Part shown: positions 62,780-64,000 of the stretch, in pieces
How positions within the stretch are numbered: the stretch's first letter is position 1
Layout: every line of letters starts with the position of its first letter
Assembly (NCBI RefSeq): GCF_024521635.1
Contig: NW_026250407.1
Span: forward strand, 1,426,001 to 1,490,000
Direction of reading: 5' to 3'
DNA from: Tricharina praecox
Taxonomy: Eukaryota
DNA: 64,000 bases
Position numbers and translations under genes: made by a program
The notes under the pieces: model-generated
Told to the model about the DNA's origin: nothing
Database searches by the model: none
What the model saw: only the letters and a program-made list of their open reading frames with translations

Positions 62780-63630
62780 TGAGTTCTGCGTTTGTTCTTT
62801 TAAATCAGTCTCCAAGCTGGCGAGGTGGTGGTGCCGCCCATTTGTCCGCCTTCTCCTTTCCAGGGACGCCTTTATGTGCCGGGCACCATCATATCTCAAT
62901 GGTGATCTCGGCCCTCGGGCTCCCTTTGGCGGAGTTTAGCAATGTGTTTCCGTGTCTGGATGGTGTACTTCTGGCCGGGGCCAAGGGCATCGTGGGTCAT
63001 CCTCCTAATCGTGTACTTAGATGGTGACTCTACTGAGGTTGTGCCGCCTACCAACGGCTGCTTCCAGTACTCGGGCGATGGCTGTGCATTCCGCATCATA
63101 AGCCTCCTGTTGGGGTCCCATGTGGACCTTGTTTCCCTTCCATTGAGTGCAGTAGCACCGGACAACGGCGTAGCCAGCTGCTTTGGAGTTGGTCTGAGAT
63201 CGGTCTGTGTGCATTGAGAACCCTGATGGTTGTAACTTGTGGGCCCACTGTGTGCGCTCTGGCTGAGAGTTCCTCTTCCATGGTTACCGTGCAGTCAAGT
63301 GCTTCAGCTTCGTCCAAAAGCACTGTCTCCTTCCTTGTTGCAGGGAATCTCCAGCTCTCCCGCCTAGATGGCCATTTGGGCGGGTTCCCGCCATCTGGTA
63401 AAGATGACCGCCTCTGTTTTGCCGTAGTCAAATCTGATGCCATTGTTGGCCGCCGGGGACCAGGCGCCACCCGCTCTCCTCACTGTCACGAAAAATGATC
63501 CGAGTGACCGGCTGTGCCCGAATATTCGACGAGCACTATTCGAACGTAGCTCGACCACAATGCGTGTAACTCCCTCAACGGCACGTTTCAATCGCCGCAG
63601 CCGTCTCTTTGGATCAATTCTAGATCTTTG
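62780..63630 (-). mobile_element. Degenerate non-LTR (LINE, Tad1-like) retrotransposon fragment: end of RT fused to RNase H
   Basis: Across frameshifts: the RT tail 'NNGIRFDYGKTEAVIF', then RNase H 'AGYAVV...KVHMGPQQEAYDAECTAIARVLE...GPGQKY...IEIWWCPAHKGVPGKEKADKWA'. Confidence 0.85.
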
Positions 63631-63683
63631 AACTCCAGTGAATGGTAACTAACTGGGCTCGGTTTGCATCGGCTCGATAGATA

Positions 63684-63980
63684 AGCTTACACTACCGCGC
63701 GCACCGGCCGTAATCACCCGTGCGATAGATACGCCTCACGCGTGTATCCACCTGGCACCCACCAGGAACAACGCCGACGCGATCGCACGTGAGCCCTGGG
63801 GAAAAAAGGGCCGGCCCGAGGCGTGCTCTGTAGTTAAGTTAACTTTTTTTGGCACTCGTTCGTATGTAGCTTCGGTTATAACCGGCTGATCACCGTTCGA
63901 ACACGCTTAGGTGAGATGGCGCCAGATGGTTTGGCTAACGCGGTGGGTGGTTGTGCCGCGCCAGTAGATACGAGAGGGCA
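63684..63980 (+). other. Unidentified densely base-paired element (candidate structured RNA or structured TE UTR)
   Basis: Nested complementary segments with several G-U pairs on the + strand, and a T7 run between two domains (see findings). Confidence 0.4.
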
Positions 63981-64000
63981 TCGAAGTATTTGGGTCTGCT

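Overview
Eukaryotic DNA from a filamentous ascomycete. The evidence is short GT-AG introns with CTRAC branch points, fungal-specific gene families, GC-rich codons and many microsatellites; a Pezizomycete origin is only a guess. From 0 to 30.7 kb lies a gene-dense housekeeping block: a hypothetical gene cut by the window edge, RXT3, BTN1, RPL4, a GT15/KTR mannosyltransferase, a GatC/GatF-like subunit, dynactin p150Glued, an SPX phosphate transporter (PHO91-like) and AIP1. From 30.7 to 50 kb I see no credible protein gene. That stretch holds an H/ACA snoRNA whose pocket matches 18S U1191 (snR35/SNORA13-like), two MITE families, minisatellites and dense TA-CNN-TA strings that look like stacked Tc1/mariner excision footprints. 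From 50 to 58.3 kb lie a large Zn(II)2Cys6 transcription factor and a convergent AMA1-like APC/C activator. From 59 to 64 kb is a repeat graveyard. It contains fragments of a repeated multi-exon pseudogene carrying two near-identical 54-nt introns at unrelated positions (introner-like), a LINE RT/RNase H remnant and an unidentified highly base-paired element at the window end. No CRISPR, rRNA, tRNA or biosynthetic gene cluster was seen. All calls come from reading the sequence by eye; no searches were run.
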